Part shown: in pieces, positions 16,672 through 24,627 of the stretch
Layout: the number at the start of each line of letters is the position of its first letter
Position numbering within the stretch: the first letter of the stretch is position 1
Virus record (IMG/VR): IMGVR_UViG_3300010352_000628
Coordinates: 688 to 64,687 of that record
DNA length: 64,000 nucleotides
Source: a virus
Strand: one strand, 5' to 3'
Translations under genes and position numbers: made by a program
Notes under the pieces: generated by a model
Databases searched by the model: none
Seen by the model: the letters and a program-made list of their open reading frames with translations, nothing else
What the model was told of the DNA's origin: nothing

Positions 16672-16863
16672 CTATCGCTCCCCGTTCTCGATCCGCGTCA
16701 ATGATTTGAGCGCGTCTTCAATATCGTGGCGCAGTTCCACTTTGATCTGGGCCACCTTCTCTTCCGTCAGTTTGGACGTGCGGTTGTTGTATGCGAGCAG
16801 GCGGGCGTTCTCGGCTATCGCCTCGGCTGCGTCAATCAAGTTGTCGGCCTCCCACTTAGCCAT
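16672..16863 (-). CDS. hypothetical protein
   Basis: GGAGG RBS. Confidence 0.55.
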   Translation of the reverse strand: MAKWEADNLIDAAEAIAENARLLAYNNRTSKLTEEKVAQIKVELRHDIEDALKSLTRIENGER

Positions 16864-16881
16864 CTCTCCCTCCCCTCAGTC

Positions 16882-17118
16882 CTATTTCCCCTCGATATCG
16901 AGGGCGCAGTGATAGCAGCATCCGCCGCTCGTTACATCGTCCGGGCCGATGGGATCGCCGCACAGGGCGCACGTCTCCGCGAGATGCTTGTGTTTCTCGC
17001 AGTATTCGCCCGCGGTCGGCTCACCGTAGCAGCCCCTATAGAGGCAGCAGTCCTGCCCCAGTTCGCCCTCTCGCCGCTCCCTGGCGGCGTGTTGCGCGAT
17101 GATCTGCTTGGCGGTCAT
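16882..17118 (-). CDS. Cys-rich Zn-finger-like protein
   Basis: GGAG RBS; multiple CxxC. Confidence 0.55.
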   Translation of the reverse strand: MTAKQIIAQHAARERREGELGQDCCLYRGCYGEPTAGEYCEKHKHLAETCALCGDPIGPDDVTSGGCCYHCALDIEGK

Positions 17119-17119
17119 A

Positions 17120-17290
17120 TCACTCCCTCCCCTCTGCCTTGGCGATCGCGGCAATTATCATAGCGTGAGCCTCGTGTGCCGTGGAACATGTTGCGCCACG
17201 TTGCGCAGGGGTCTCGTTATCGCCGAAACGCATCCAACAGCGAGCCTCTTTCAGCGCCTCCAGCAGTTCCGGCGCGGCGTCTCTCACCAT
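17120..17290 (-). CDS. hypothetical protein
   Basis: AAPELLEALK...AAIAKAEG motif; start approximate. Confidence 0.5.
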   Translation of the reverse strand: MVRDAAPELLEALKEARCWMRFGDNETPAQRGATCSTAHEAHAMIIAAIAKAEGRE

Positions 17291-17508
17291 CACTCGCCGC
17301 CTTCCGCCTGGGCGGAGACTTCTTCGCTGATGGCCGATTCCGCCGCCGCCGTCAACATGGCCTCGACTGTCGAGTAGTGCTGCCACTCAGCCTGTCCGCT
17401 AATGTGATCCAGGTGCTCGCCGTCGCGGTACAGATCGACCTCGACGCTACGGCCCATGTAGTTCGCAACGGCCTCGATGCCGTCGCGGGTGATTGTGAGT
17501 TCTTCCAT
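17290..17508 (-). CDS. hypothetical protein
   Basis: GAGGA RBS. Confidence 0.55.
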   Translation of the reverse strand: MEELTITRDGIEAVANYMGRSVEVDLYRDGEHLDHISGQAEWQHYSTVEAMLTAAAESAISEEVSAQAEGGE

Positions 17509-17594
17509 TTCGTTCCTCTCTTTCAATTCGGCTGCGCGCCGGTTCCGCCTGCTGCGACAAGCGGGACGGGCGGGCCTCCGAAGAGGCCGCCGGG

Positions 17595-17921
17595 TTACAG
17601 TCCTCGCGCTTCGGCAGTCGCAAACTCGGACGGCGACAGTTCCGCCCAAAACTCCCGATGAGTCGCGCCCGACGGGAGTCTCAGCTGCTCGTCGCAGCGC
17701 ACCACGGACATGATGGAGTCTCGCGACTCGCTAGTGTCGGTCGGGTCCGCGGCGCGCCTGTACTCCGGCTCGTTGCCCTCCCACTCGCGCGGGTCGGAGC
17801 CACCGATCAAAGCCAGCACGTCTCGCGCAAGTTGCTTGCCGCCGTCATACGCATGGCAGTAACCGCGCGTCATCAGCAGCGCGCCTCCGCCATCGTCAAA
17901 CAGGATTGTAAAGTCTCGCAT
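17595..17921 (-). CDS. hypothetical protein
   Basis: GAGGA RBS; ILFDDGGG. Confidence 0.6.
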   Translation of the reverse strand: MRDFTILFDDGGGALLMTRGYCHAYDGGKQLARDVLALIGGSDPREWEGNEPEYRRAADPTDTSESRDSIMSVVRCDEQLRLPSGATHREFWAELSPSEFATAEARGL

Positions 17922-17954
17922 GGTGTCCTCTCTCCTAGCGTTAGCCGCTCGCCG

Positions 17955-18167
17955 TCACTGCTCAATCCAGATCCGCTCGGCCCTTACACCGTTGCGCATC
18001 CTGAGTACCTGGTCGCCGTCGATCAGGTACTCACCCTCCAAGTCGTCCGTTGCGGGGTCGATGGTGATATCGTCCACCAGTGTGACCTCGCCGTTGCCGT
18101 CCTGGACCGCATCCCATCTGCGGGCCTTGATCTCATCGAGTACTGCCGCAATCCCTATGACTGTCAT
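17955..18167 (-). CDS. acidic hypothetical protein
   Basis: GAGGA RBS. Confidence 0.55.
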   Translation of the reverse strand: MTVIGIAAVLDEIKARRWDAVQDGNGEVTLVDDITIDPATDDLEGEYLIDGDQVLRMRNGVRAERIWIEQ

Positions 18168-18309
18168 ATCCTCTCCTCTCAATCCAGCGTCTCTTACTAT
18201 TGCTTTCCCACGACGCGATCAACAAGCCGCGCCGCTTTCCAGGTGCGGTACTCCGCCCGCGCGAAGAACGCGCAGAGCGTCACCCAGGCGATGGCCAGCA
18301 GGTAGGGCG

Positions 18310-18522
18310 TCATGACGACACCTTCCCACCGTTCGGTCCGCACTTGCCAGCGATGTAGTCAAGCCAACGCCCCTTGTCGAAGTTCATATTCTGCTTCTTG
18401 CAGAACCATGCAAGGGTCTGGATCTGGTCTTCGGTGAATGCTGTTTCGCTCTTGTTGTTTTGCGCCACGCGGTTGTGATCCCTAATCACGTCCGCCAATG
18501 CGATAAAGTGTTTCTTGGACAT
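18310..18522 (-). CDS. conserved phage hypothetical protein
   Basis: MSKKHFIALADVI...LA......N.NFD..RW motif. Confidence 0.7.
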   Translation of the reverse strand: MSKKHFIALADVIRDHNRVAQNNKSETAFTEDQIQTLAWFCKKQNMNFDKGRWLDYIAGKCGPNGGKVSS

Positions 18523-18638
18523 TGGACCCTCCTTCGGTCTGGTGTCTCGCCTCGGGGCCGCTCCAACGGCTCCGGGGCTCACGGTTTCACCCGCTAATCG
18601 GTCGCACTGGGCACAATGCGACCTCAAGAGGTTGAAGC

Positions 18639-18863
18639 CTAGAGTCCTAAGGCCTTGCGGGCCTTACCCAACGCGATAGCATCGCCATGAGTCGCGGCCT
18701 TGCATCCGGCGGAGCAACGGGCAGGCAGTTGTTTGTTCCAGTCCAACTCCTGCCGGATCACCCGACGCACGTTATCCGCCGCGGCCGTCGTGACCGCAAA
18801 CCCGCTGCCAATCCATCGGACGTATAGCGTCCTGAGTGTCGAGATAGCTTTCATTTGTTCCAT
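18639..18863 (-). CDS. hypothetical protein
   Basis: GAGGA RBS. Confidence 0.5.
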   Translation of the reverse strand: MEQMKAISTLRTLYVRWIGSGFAVTTAAADNVRRVIRQELDWNKQLPARCSAGCKAATHGDAIALGKARKALGL

Positions 18864-19050
18864 GGTTCCTCTCTTTCGTTTCAATGCCCGCTGGAGAGCT
18901 TGAAGCGGAAACGAGCGATGCCAGCGTCGGTAGGATCTCACGCTCCGCCATGTGTCCCGAGATCCAATACCAATCCGTGCAGCCGCGATACTCCACCTTC
19001 GCGCGAGTCTTGTTGCAGTGCCCGTCAAAGTACCACTCGATTAGTTGCAT
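18772..19050 (-). CDS. hypothetical protein, first gene of the leftward early operon
   Basis: GAGGA RBS; downstream of a promoter. Confidence 0.45.
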   Translation of the reverse strand: MQLIEWYFDGHCNKTRAKVEYRGCTDWYWISGHMAEREILPTLASLVSASSSPAGIETKERNHGTNESYLDTQDAIRPMDWQRVCGHDGRGG

Positions 19051-19086
19051 CGTCTCTGTCCTCTCTTGCTGCCGTCTCACATACCC

Positions 19087-19117
19087 TTTGTACCACTGTC
19101 AACATGTCGTGTCAACA
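19087..19117 (-). promoter_or_regulatory. sigma70-like promoter of the leftward operon, with a TGTCAACA direct repeat
   Basis: TTGACA-17 nt-TACAAA on the minus strand; TGTCAACA at 19097 and 19110. Confidence 0.6.
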
Positions 19118-19249
19118 AAATTCGTATCGCGTTGATAACAAAGAGACGATTTTCTGAGACTTAGACCAGCCAAGAGACCGCGCTTTCGCTCTGAATGATT
19201 GCAACCAAAGGAGTTATCGCTTCACACCAAAGCGGGTTAGAATGGTTGC

Positions 19250-20029
19250 ATGGCTAGCAAGCAAGACATGCAAGCAGGGCCGAGTAATGTCACGACGCAA
19301 AGTTCGAAACTAAGCGATCCCACCGCTCCATTCCCCGTCAAGTCCCGGCGTGTTGCCGACCTCATCGCTCAACTCACACCCAAACAGCGCGACCTAGTCA
19401 AGTTCCTCACAGTCGGAGGTATGAACAAGACTGAAGCCTACCGATGTGCGTACGAGTCCAAGAAGAAAGGCAAGGGAATCCACGTTGACGCTCATCGAGC
19501 TGCCGCAAAACCTAAGGTCGCTGAAATCTTAGCGGCCTACCATCAAGAAGAGTGGACAGGAGCGATAGCAGATGTTGAACCAATGCGCCGCACGGCCTTA
19601 CGAGTGATGCGCGAGGTGGCCGAGACTGGAGAGAATGAGAAGAACCGCTTGAAGGCCGCCGAGTTGATCGGGCGGACTGCTGCTGCTGGTCTGTACCAAT
19701 CAGGTGGCGCATTGCACCAGCACCTCCATATTGAGGGCAAAACTGCCCGAGACCACCTCATTTCCAAGCTCGCCAATCTGTACGGTACACCTCAAGTACC
19801 ATCTAATCAAGAGGATACAGCCGTTGCTACAGTGCCATTGATAGGCACTGCGCAGCCTGTAGGCCAGGTGATTGAGGCTCGAGCGATCGACCCCGACCCC
19901 GTTGTTTCCCTCGAGCAGCCAGGGGCCGGCGTACCCGGCACCCCCCCCATTGAGGATCGGAGTCCCGTCCCTCAATACACACTGTTTCGCTCGGTTGATG
20001 AGGTTGCAGGGGACGGTGACGGGATTTGA
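19250..20029 (+). CDS. terS: terminase small subunit
   Basis: LTPKQ...NKTEAYRCAY...KPKVAEIL HTH pattern; RLKAAELIG. Confidence 0.7.
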   Translation: MASKQDMQAGPSNVTTQSSKLSDPTAPFPVKSRRVADLIAQLTPKQRDLVKFLTVGGMNKTEAYRCAYESKKKGKGIHVDAHRAAAKPKVAEILAAYHQEEWTGAIADVEPMRRTALRVMREVAETGENEKNRLKAAELIGRTAAAGLYQSGGALHQHLHIEGKTARDHLISKLANLYGTPQVPSNQEDTAVATVPLIGTAQPVGQVIEARAIDPDPVVSLEQPGAGVPGTPPIEDRSPVPQYTLFRSVDEVAGDGDGI

Positions 20030-20390
20030 GGCTTGAAAACGTATCTGGCTGTAGAGTAGAGGTAAGCCGAACCGGGCCTTCCAAAACTCCTTCGTGGTGA
20101 ATCCTTCTAACCGGTGAGGCGGGGGACCCCGAGCAGCGTGACCTGCGGGTTGCACTGGACTCGGGGTTTTCTTGTGGATGGTGGGTAGTAGTGGGGGGGG
20201 GGAGCGGCTTCGCTTCGCTCTCGCCGCGGCCTACGGCAGTGAGGAAGGTCGGAACATGGGAATGCCCCCTCCCACTGGACTTTTTGCAAAGTAGGCGGGG
20301 TTTTCCTGGCCGACCAGGTTCTCGCGCTGGTCGATTCTCGTATGTCGTTTCGGGCTGCCGACTTCGGTCAGCCGTCGCTGTGGTCACACC

Positions 20391-20915
20391 TTACTGGGAC
20401 AGCCGGGAGGCTTGCGTTGCGCTCTCGTATTGGCTGCTGTTCGAGTATGGCCCGCTTCCGCATACGACCCGCGTTCCCAACGCTTCGACGTGTCCGCTGC
20501 GGTTGAACGCAGTCCGGGTGACTGGGACATTGGACGCGACAGGCTTACCATGCTGCTCGGCATGGCAATACTTACAGAGGACGATCAGGTCTAAAGGCTT
20601 TTCCGCGCCTTTGTTGCGGTAGTTGAGGTGGTGGACGTTGAGGGGCGGGAGTTTAGACCCGCACTGTTCGCATTGGTACTTTGCCCGGAGTAGGGCCGCC
20701 GCTCGTGTCTCGCGCCAGTGGTCGGATTCCAGGTACTGCTGATAGGCGAGTTGGCTTGGGGTCGCTCCGCCGATTAGGGCGGTCGGTTTGCGTCGGCGTG
20801 GTGTATCTGACTGCGGTCCTGACGAGTAGAGGTTGGACCAGTCCTGGTAGCGGTTCTTCACCGATCGCAGGGTGCGACAGTTCAGTTTGATTCGAGGTCC
20901 GCCGGAAACCTTCAC
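20391..20915 (-). CDS. HNH endonuclease
   Basis: YQQYLESDHW...CEQCG...LNVHHLNY...LCKYCH. Confidence 0.85.
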   Translation of the reverse strand: MKVSGGPRIKLNCRTLRSVKNRYQDWSNLYSSGPQSDTPRRRKPTALIGGATPSQLAYQQYLESDHWRETRAAALLRAKYQCEQCGSKLPPLNVHHLNYRNKGAEKPLDLIVLCKYCHAEQHGKPVASNVPVTRTAFNRSGHVEALGTRVVCGSGPYSNSSQYESATQASRLSQ

Positions 20916-20987
20916 CGAGTCCAGAATAACACCCCCACCCCCTTTTCAACGAAATAAAGTGGAGGGGCCGCCGGTGGGTGGGGGGGG

Positions 20988-21212
20988 CTAATTCACGCGA
21001 GTGGTGGTCTGGGTAGCACCGGCTTCAAGGAGGATGAGTTGGACCTCGGACCAGACCTCCTGGCGGACGACAACTACTTTGAAGGCTTTGCCGAGTACGG
21101 TGACCTCGAAGTCGTGGATATCGGCCCCGGGGCCGATGGTACCGTCTGCGAAGTTGTCGATTTCGTTAATGATGAGTTCGGCGAGTTGGGTACGGGAGAC
21201 GGTTTTGGTCAT
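20988..21212 (-). CDS. hypothetical protein
   Basis: coupled ORF. Confidence 0.55.
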   Translation of the reverse strand: MTKTVSRTQLAELIINEIDNFADGTIGPGADIHDFEVTVLGKAFKVVVVRQEVWSEVQLILLEAGATQTTTRVN

Positions 21213-21400
21213 GCGGTCACCTTTAGTTCTGCCTCGGCGTGGTCCATGAGTTTCTGGACGGACTCGCCGAACTTGTAAATGGTTTTGCCGTTGGGTAGCA
21301 GCAGGATGAGCAGGAACTCGCCAAGGCGGGGCTGGATGGTGGCGGCGAGGGAGTTATCGAGGGTGAGGGAGTAGACGGCTCCGTTGCGGGTCCAGGTCAT
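21209..21400 (-). CDS. hypothetical protein
   Basis: ATGA coupling. Confidence 0.5.
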   Translation of the reverse strand: MTWTRNGAVYSLTLDNSLAATIQPRLGEFLLILLLPNGKTIYKFGESVQKLMDHAEAELKVTA

Positions 21401-22233
21401 GCCTCGTCTCCGAAGTGCGCCCGGACGACGGCCTCGACGGCGGCACGGGCAAGTTGCAGTGTGACAGCCGTGCCGATAATGGGTTGGCTTAATGCCCGTG
21501 TGCATGACGCTTCCCATCCACAGAGACCATCACCCCTAGGCCAGACTTTTCCGCAACAAGCCCCGCCGCGGAAGAGATAGCAGTGGATAGGGACATCCTT
21601 GGCGTCTTGCCACTCGTACACCGCCTTGCGGGGCGGCTCTGGGGCATCCTTGTGCGCATTGATGAAATTAACCGTCTTCTCTGCGATGGCGGCGGGGTCG
21701 AACGAGCCACAAGCCCCATTGCTAAACGCCGTGTGGATGCGGTTCAGCGCACTGCGGGCTTCGGCTCGCTCTCGCTTGAGTTGTTCGATGTGGATATTCT
21801 CGGCATGAATCGTTTCGACGATACGGTGCTTGTCTTCAGCCTCCAACTCGTGCCATCGCTGAGAAACGGAGTTCATGTCTTTACAGATTTGTTCAACTTT
21901 CTCCACTAGGTGAATCGCCTTCTTTTCTGGTGGTGCTGTGGGCGGGGACGCAGCCTTCAGACCCCCTTTCTCCCTGCTCTCGATCGCGGCGATGGCGAGG
22001 TCGGCAATGAGTTTGTGTTCGACGACGGTTTCGTAGCCGAGGGCGCGGGCGATGCGGTGGAACTGGGCCTGAACCATGCTGAGTCGCTTCTCAATCTGGT
22101 CGCGCTCGGCGGCCTCGTCGTATGCCTTGCAGAACCACAACTTCTGGTATTCGGGTGAGAGGTAGACGAAAGTCGATTCGTTGTGTGCGCCGTCACGCGC
22201 CCAGAGTTCCGCGGCGTGTTTATCTAGTGTCAT
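21397..22233 (-). CDS. coiled-coil hypothetical protein
   Basis: AGGAG RBS before MTLDKH. Confidence 0.6.
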   Translation of the reverse strand: MTLDKHAAELWARDGAHNESTFVYLSPEYQKLWFCKAYDEAAERDQIEKRLSMVQAQFHRIARALGYETVVEHKLIADLAIAAIESREKGGLKAASPPTAPPEKKAIHLVEKVEQICKDMNSVSQRWHELEAEDKHRIVETIHAENIHIEQLKRERAEARSALNRIHTAFSNGACGSFDPAAIAEKTVNFINAHKDAPEPPRKAVYEWQDAKDVPIHCYLFRGGACCGKVWPRGDGLCGWEASCTRALSQPIIGTAVTLQLARAAVEAVVRAHFGDEA

Positions 22234-22241
22234 CGTGTCTC

Positions 22242-22481
22242 CTAGACGGGTGCCCCGCAGTTGGGGCAGTTGGTTGAGGTGAGGTTGCGCGACCGGCAGT
22301 AGGAGCAGGTTGTGGTGGGCGACGGGATGGGATAGAAACTGAGGTTGAGAGGTTGAGTCGTCGAGACGCAGATATCGCGCCATTCAGATGGGCCGTACTG
22401 GTTTGCGTAAGCCCGGCTGTCGTAAGCCGAGCCAGCGTAACTCCCCAACGCGCCGCCCATGTAGAGGAGCGGGCTAGACAT
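22242..22481 (-). CDS. small Zn-ribbon protein
   Basis: CSYC...CPNCGAP. Confidence 0.6.
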   Translation of the reverse strand: MSSPLLYMGGALGSYAGSAYDSRAYANQYGPSEWRDICVSTTQPLNLSFYPIPSPTTTCSYCRSRNLTSTNCPNCGAPV

Positions 22482-23175
22482 TGGCGACCTCCGCTGCCTG
22501 CTCTGCCCGCGCCTTCAGCCACTCGCCGAAGTTGCCGTGGTTGTACGTCGTCCAGTAGTGCCGGAACGTGATGTCCGGGTAGATCCAGAGTTTGCCGCCG
22601 ATCTTGCGCCACAGTTCGCAGAACCCGTAGTCGTCGCTGATGTAGATGTTGGGATTGTCGAGCGACGGGCGGGCGTCGAAGAACAGGAACGACTTCAGTT
22701 CGCCCCGCCACCCGAACTCCATTTGAAGTTCCGGGTACGCCTCGATGAGCCGGCCGATGACGCCACGCTTCAGCAACATGCATCCCGTGGCGACGTGGGT
22801 AGCCTCGATCAGCCCCTTTTCGTTGACAGTGACATCTGGGGCCATGCACATCCAGGTGGGGTCCGGGCCGCGGCAGGGGTAGGCCCCAGCCACTACGTCC
22901 TCGTCGGCGGCGAGCATTTCCAGGATGGCGGTGGGCGGGTCGAAGTCCATGTCGGCGTCGAGAAACCACAAGTGCGTGCATTGCGGGTAGCGCTGGAAAA
23001 TGTCGAGCGCAGTGGCGCGTCCCTGCACGATGTCGCTGCATTCGGCGTTGACGTAAAGGAACTCAATGCCAGCGCGTTCGAGGGTGAGGGTGAGTTTAAT
23101 CAGCGTCGCGCCGTAGTCCTTGTAGAGCATTCCCATGTTGGCGGGGGTGTAGATGAGGAGAAAGGGTTTGGTCAT
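22474..23175 (-). CDS. GT-A fold glycosyltransferase-like protein
   Basis: SDIVQGR...THLWFLDADM...ATGCMLLKR...SDDYGFC..W...GG. Confidence 0.75.
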   Translation of the reverse strand: MTKPFLLIYTPANMGMLYKDYGATLIKLTLTLERAGIEFLYVNAECSDIVQGRATALDIFQRYPQCTHLWFLDADMDFDPPTAILEMLAADEDVVAGAYPCRGPDPTWMCMAPDVTVNEKGLIEATHVATGCMLLKRGVIGRLIEAYPELQMEFGWRGELKSFLFFDARPSLDNPNIYISDDYGFCELWRKIGGKLWIYPDITFRHYWTTYNHGNFGEWLKARAEQAAEVANV

Positions 23176-23450
23176 GTCGTCTCCAGTATTTTGGCGTGGC
23201 GGGCGAGGACTTCGCGGGACATGTCGCGGACTCGCGCCCAGTCTTGTTTCTCATACAGGTGGTCTCTGGCTTCAGCCAGCACACCCGCCATCTCCCGGAG
23301 CGCGGTTTCGAGGGCGGCAATTCTGTGCTCTGGCAGGCACTCGTGGTACGACACGTCGCCTCTCGCATCGCGGGAAAAGTACACCATCCTGCACTTCTCG
23401 CAGAGCGTATATCCTTCTGCTACAAATTGCCCTTCGTTCCACGTCGTCAT
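23172..23450 (-). CDS. hypothetical protein
   Basis: coupled ORF. Confidence 0.55.
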   Translation of the reverse strand: MTTWNEGQFVAEGYTLCEKCRMVYFSRDARGDVSYHECLPEHRIAALETALREMAGVLAEARDHLYEKQDWARVRDMSREVLARHAKILETT

Positions 23451-23941
23451 GGTTTCAGCCCAAGCAGCCGCCGCACGCGCGGGATCAGTTTGGGCGGGGT
23501 AGGGTAGACCCCTCCGCTTGTGGCGTAGAACCCATCGAACTCGAAAGTCACGCCGTCCAAAACCGTATCCAGGTCACGTAAATCAATTGCGATGGATTCC
23601 CCCGATTTGAGAGACCACACCCGCAGACCCGCTTCAGCAAGGTCGAGAGCGTGGACAAGAGACTGAAGACGAAGACGCTTCACAAAACCGGTCGCCTTCA
23701 GCGGCGAGTCCTTGTTCGTCCCAACAAGAATCCAAGCGTTCAGCCAGACCGGCTTTGCTGGGTCTTCTGTCCTGTAGCGCTTGTACCCTGTTACTACCAC
23801 ATTGCCAGTGGGAGCAATTGCGATACCTGGATGTTTGCGATACATCAAGCGGGCCGCAGCTACCGTTTCTTCGATAATATTGGCGTCACGGACACGTTCG
23901 ATGTCCTCCGCATTAAGTAGAGAAGCAGAAATGTGTTTCAT
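23447..23941 (-). CDS. hypothetical protein
   Basis: coupled ORF. Confidence 0.55.
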   Translation of the reverse strand: MKHISASLLNAEDIERVRDANIIEETVAAARLMYRKHPGIAIAPTGNVVVTGYKRYRTEDPAKPVWLNAWILVGTNKDSPLKATGFVKRLRLQSLVHALDLAEAGLRVWSLKSGESIAIDLRDLDTVLDGVTFEFDGFYATSGGVYPTPPKLIPRVRRLLGLKP

Positions 23942-24354
23942 GGTTTCAGCCTGAATCCGTACTGCGCCAGTGCGCGTTCGATGTTCTGAATCGTGGCCTG
24001 GCCCGCCCCGGAGCGTTCGAGGATGGCGGTCTTCGATAGTTGCGTCACGTCTTTCACCGTGACGCAGTTGAAGTCTTCGAGCAGGTCGAGGGCGCGGGAA
24101 CTGAGGCTGCCAAGGCGCTTGCTCGGCTTCGCCATCAGAATATCGCTAGACGAAACGTAGAGGGTTTCCACGTCCGCAAACGGGATAAGGAGGGTGTCGC
24201 TTTCCGGTGGGTCATCCACACGCCGCAGGAACAGCGCCGCCATTTGAGGGTCCGCGCCAACGAGGAAATACTCTTTGGGTGGTTCCGTTTCCGGTGTCCT
24301 TTTCCAGTGGATACGCACCTTTTGGTCCACAAGCGCGTCAAGAGACATCAACAT
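23938..24354 (-). CDS. protein with an RNA polymerase alpha-CTD-like domain
   Basis: LSSRALDLL...TVKDVTQLS...L...GAGQATIQNIERAL...GFRL. Confidence 0.65.
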   Translation of the reverse strand: MLMSLDALVDQKVRIHWKRTPETEPPKEYFLVGADPQMAALFLRRVDDPPESDTLLIPFADVETLYVSSSDILMAKPSKRLGSLSSRALDLLEDFNCVTVKDVTQLSKTAILERSGAGQATIQNIERALAQYGFRLKP

Positions 24355-24360
24355 AGGCGG

Positions 24361-24552
24361 CTATCTCCTTGAGGTGGGGGTCGGTGGTGGCTCAGGGTCT
24401 TCCTGGATGGCTTTGTACCGTTCCAAGAACTGAATACAGAGTTCCTCGACAGCGATAGTGGGCTTGCAGCCGCCCATGATGGCGATGACCTGCTGAAGTC
24501 GTAGGCCCGCCCGTTCGTTGAGCCAGACAGGGAAACGAACACTTGCCTTCAC
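24361..24552 (-). CDS. small putative ribbon-helix-helix regulator
   Basis: VKASVRFPVWLNERA strand-helix pattern; promoter directly upstream. Confidence 0.45.
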   Translation of the reverse strand: MKASVRFPVWLNERAGLRLQQVIAIMGGCKPTIAVEELCIQFLERYKAIQEDPEPPPTPTSRR

Positions 24553-24558
24553 AGCCCA

Positions 24559-24588
24559 ATAGTATTGCAAGCCTTGCTTGCAAGCAAG
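24559..24588 (-). promoter_or_regulatory. promoter overlapped by a 16-bp perfect palindrome (operator candidate)
   Basis: TTGCTT-17-TACTAT on the minus strand; CTTGCTTGCAAGCAAG at 24573-24588. Confidence 0.6.
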
Positions 24589-24627
24589 CAATATTTTGAG
24601 AATCGTTATCAATAGTATCCTGAGAGC

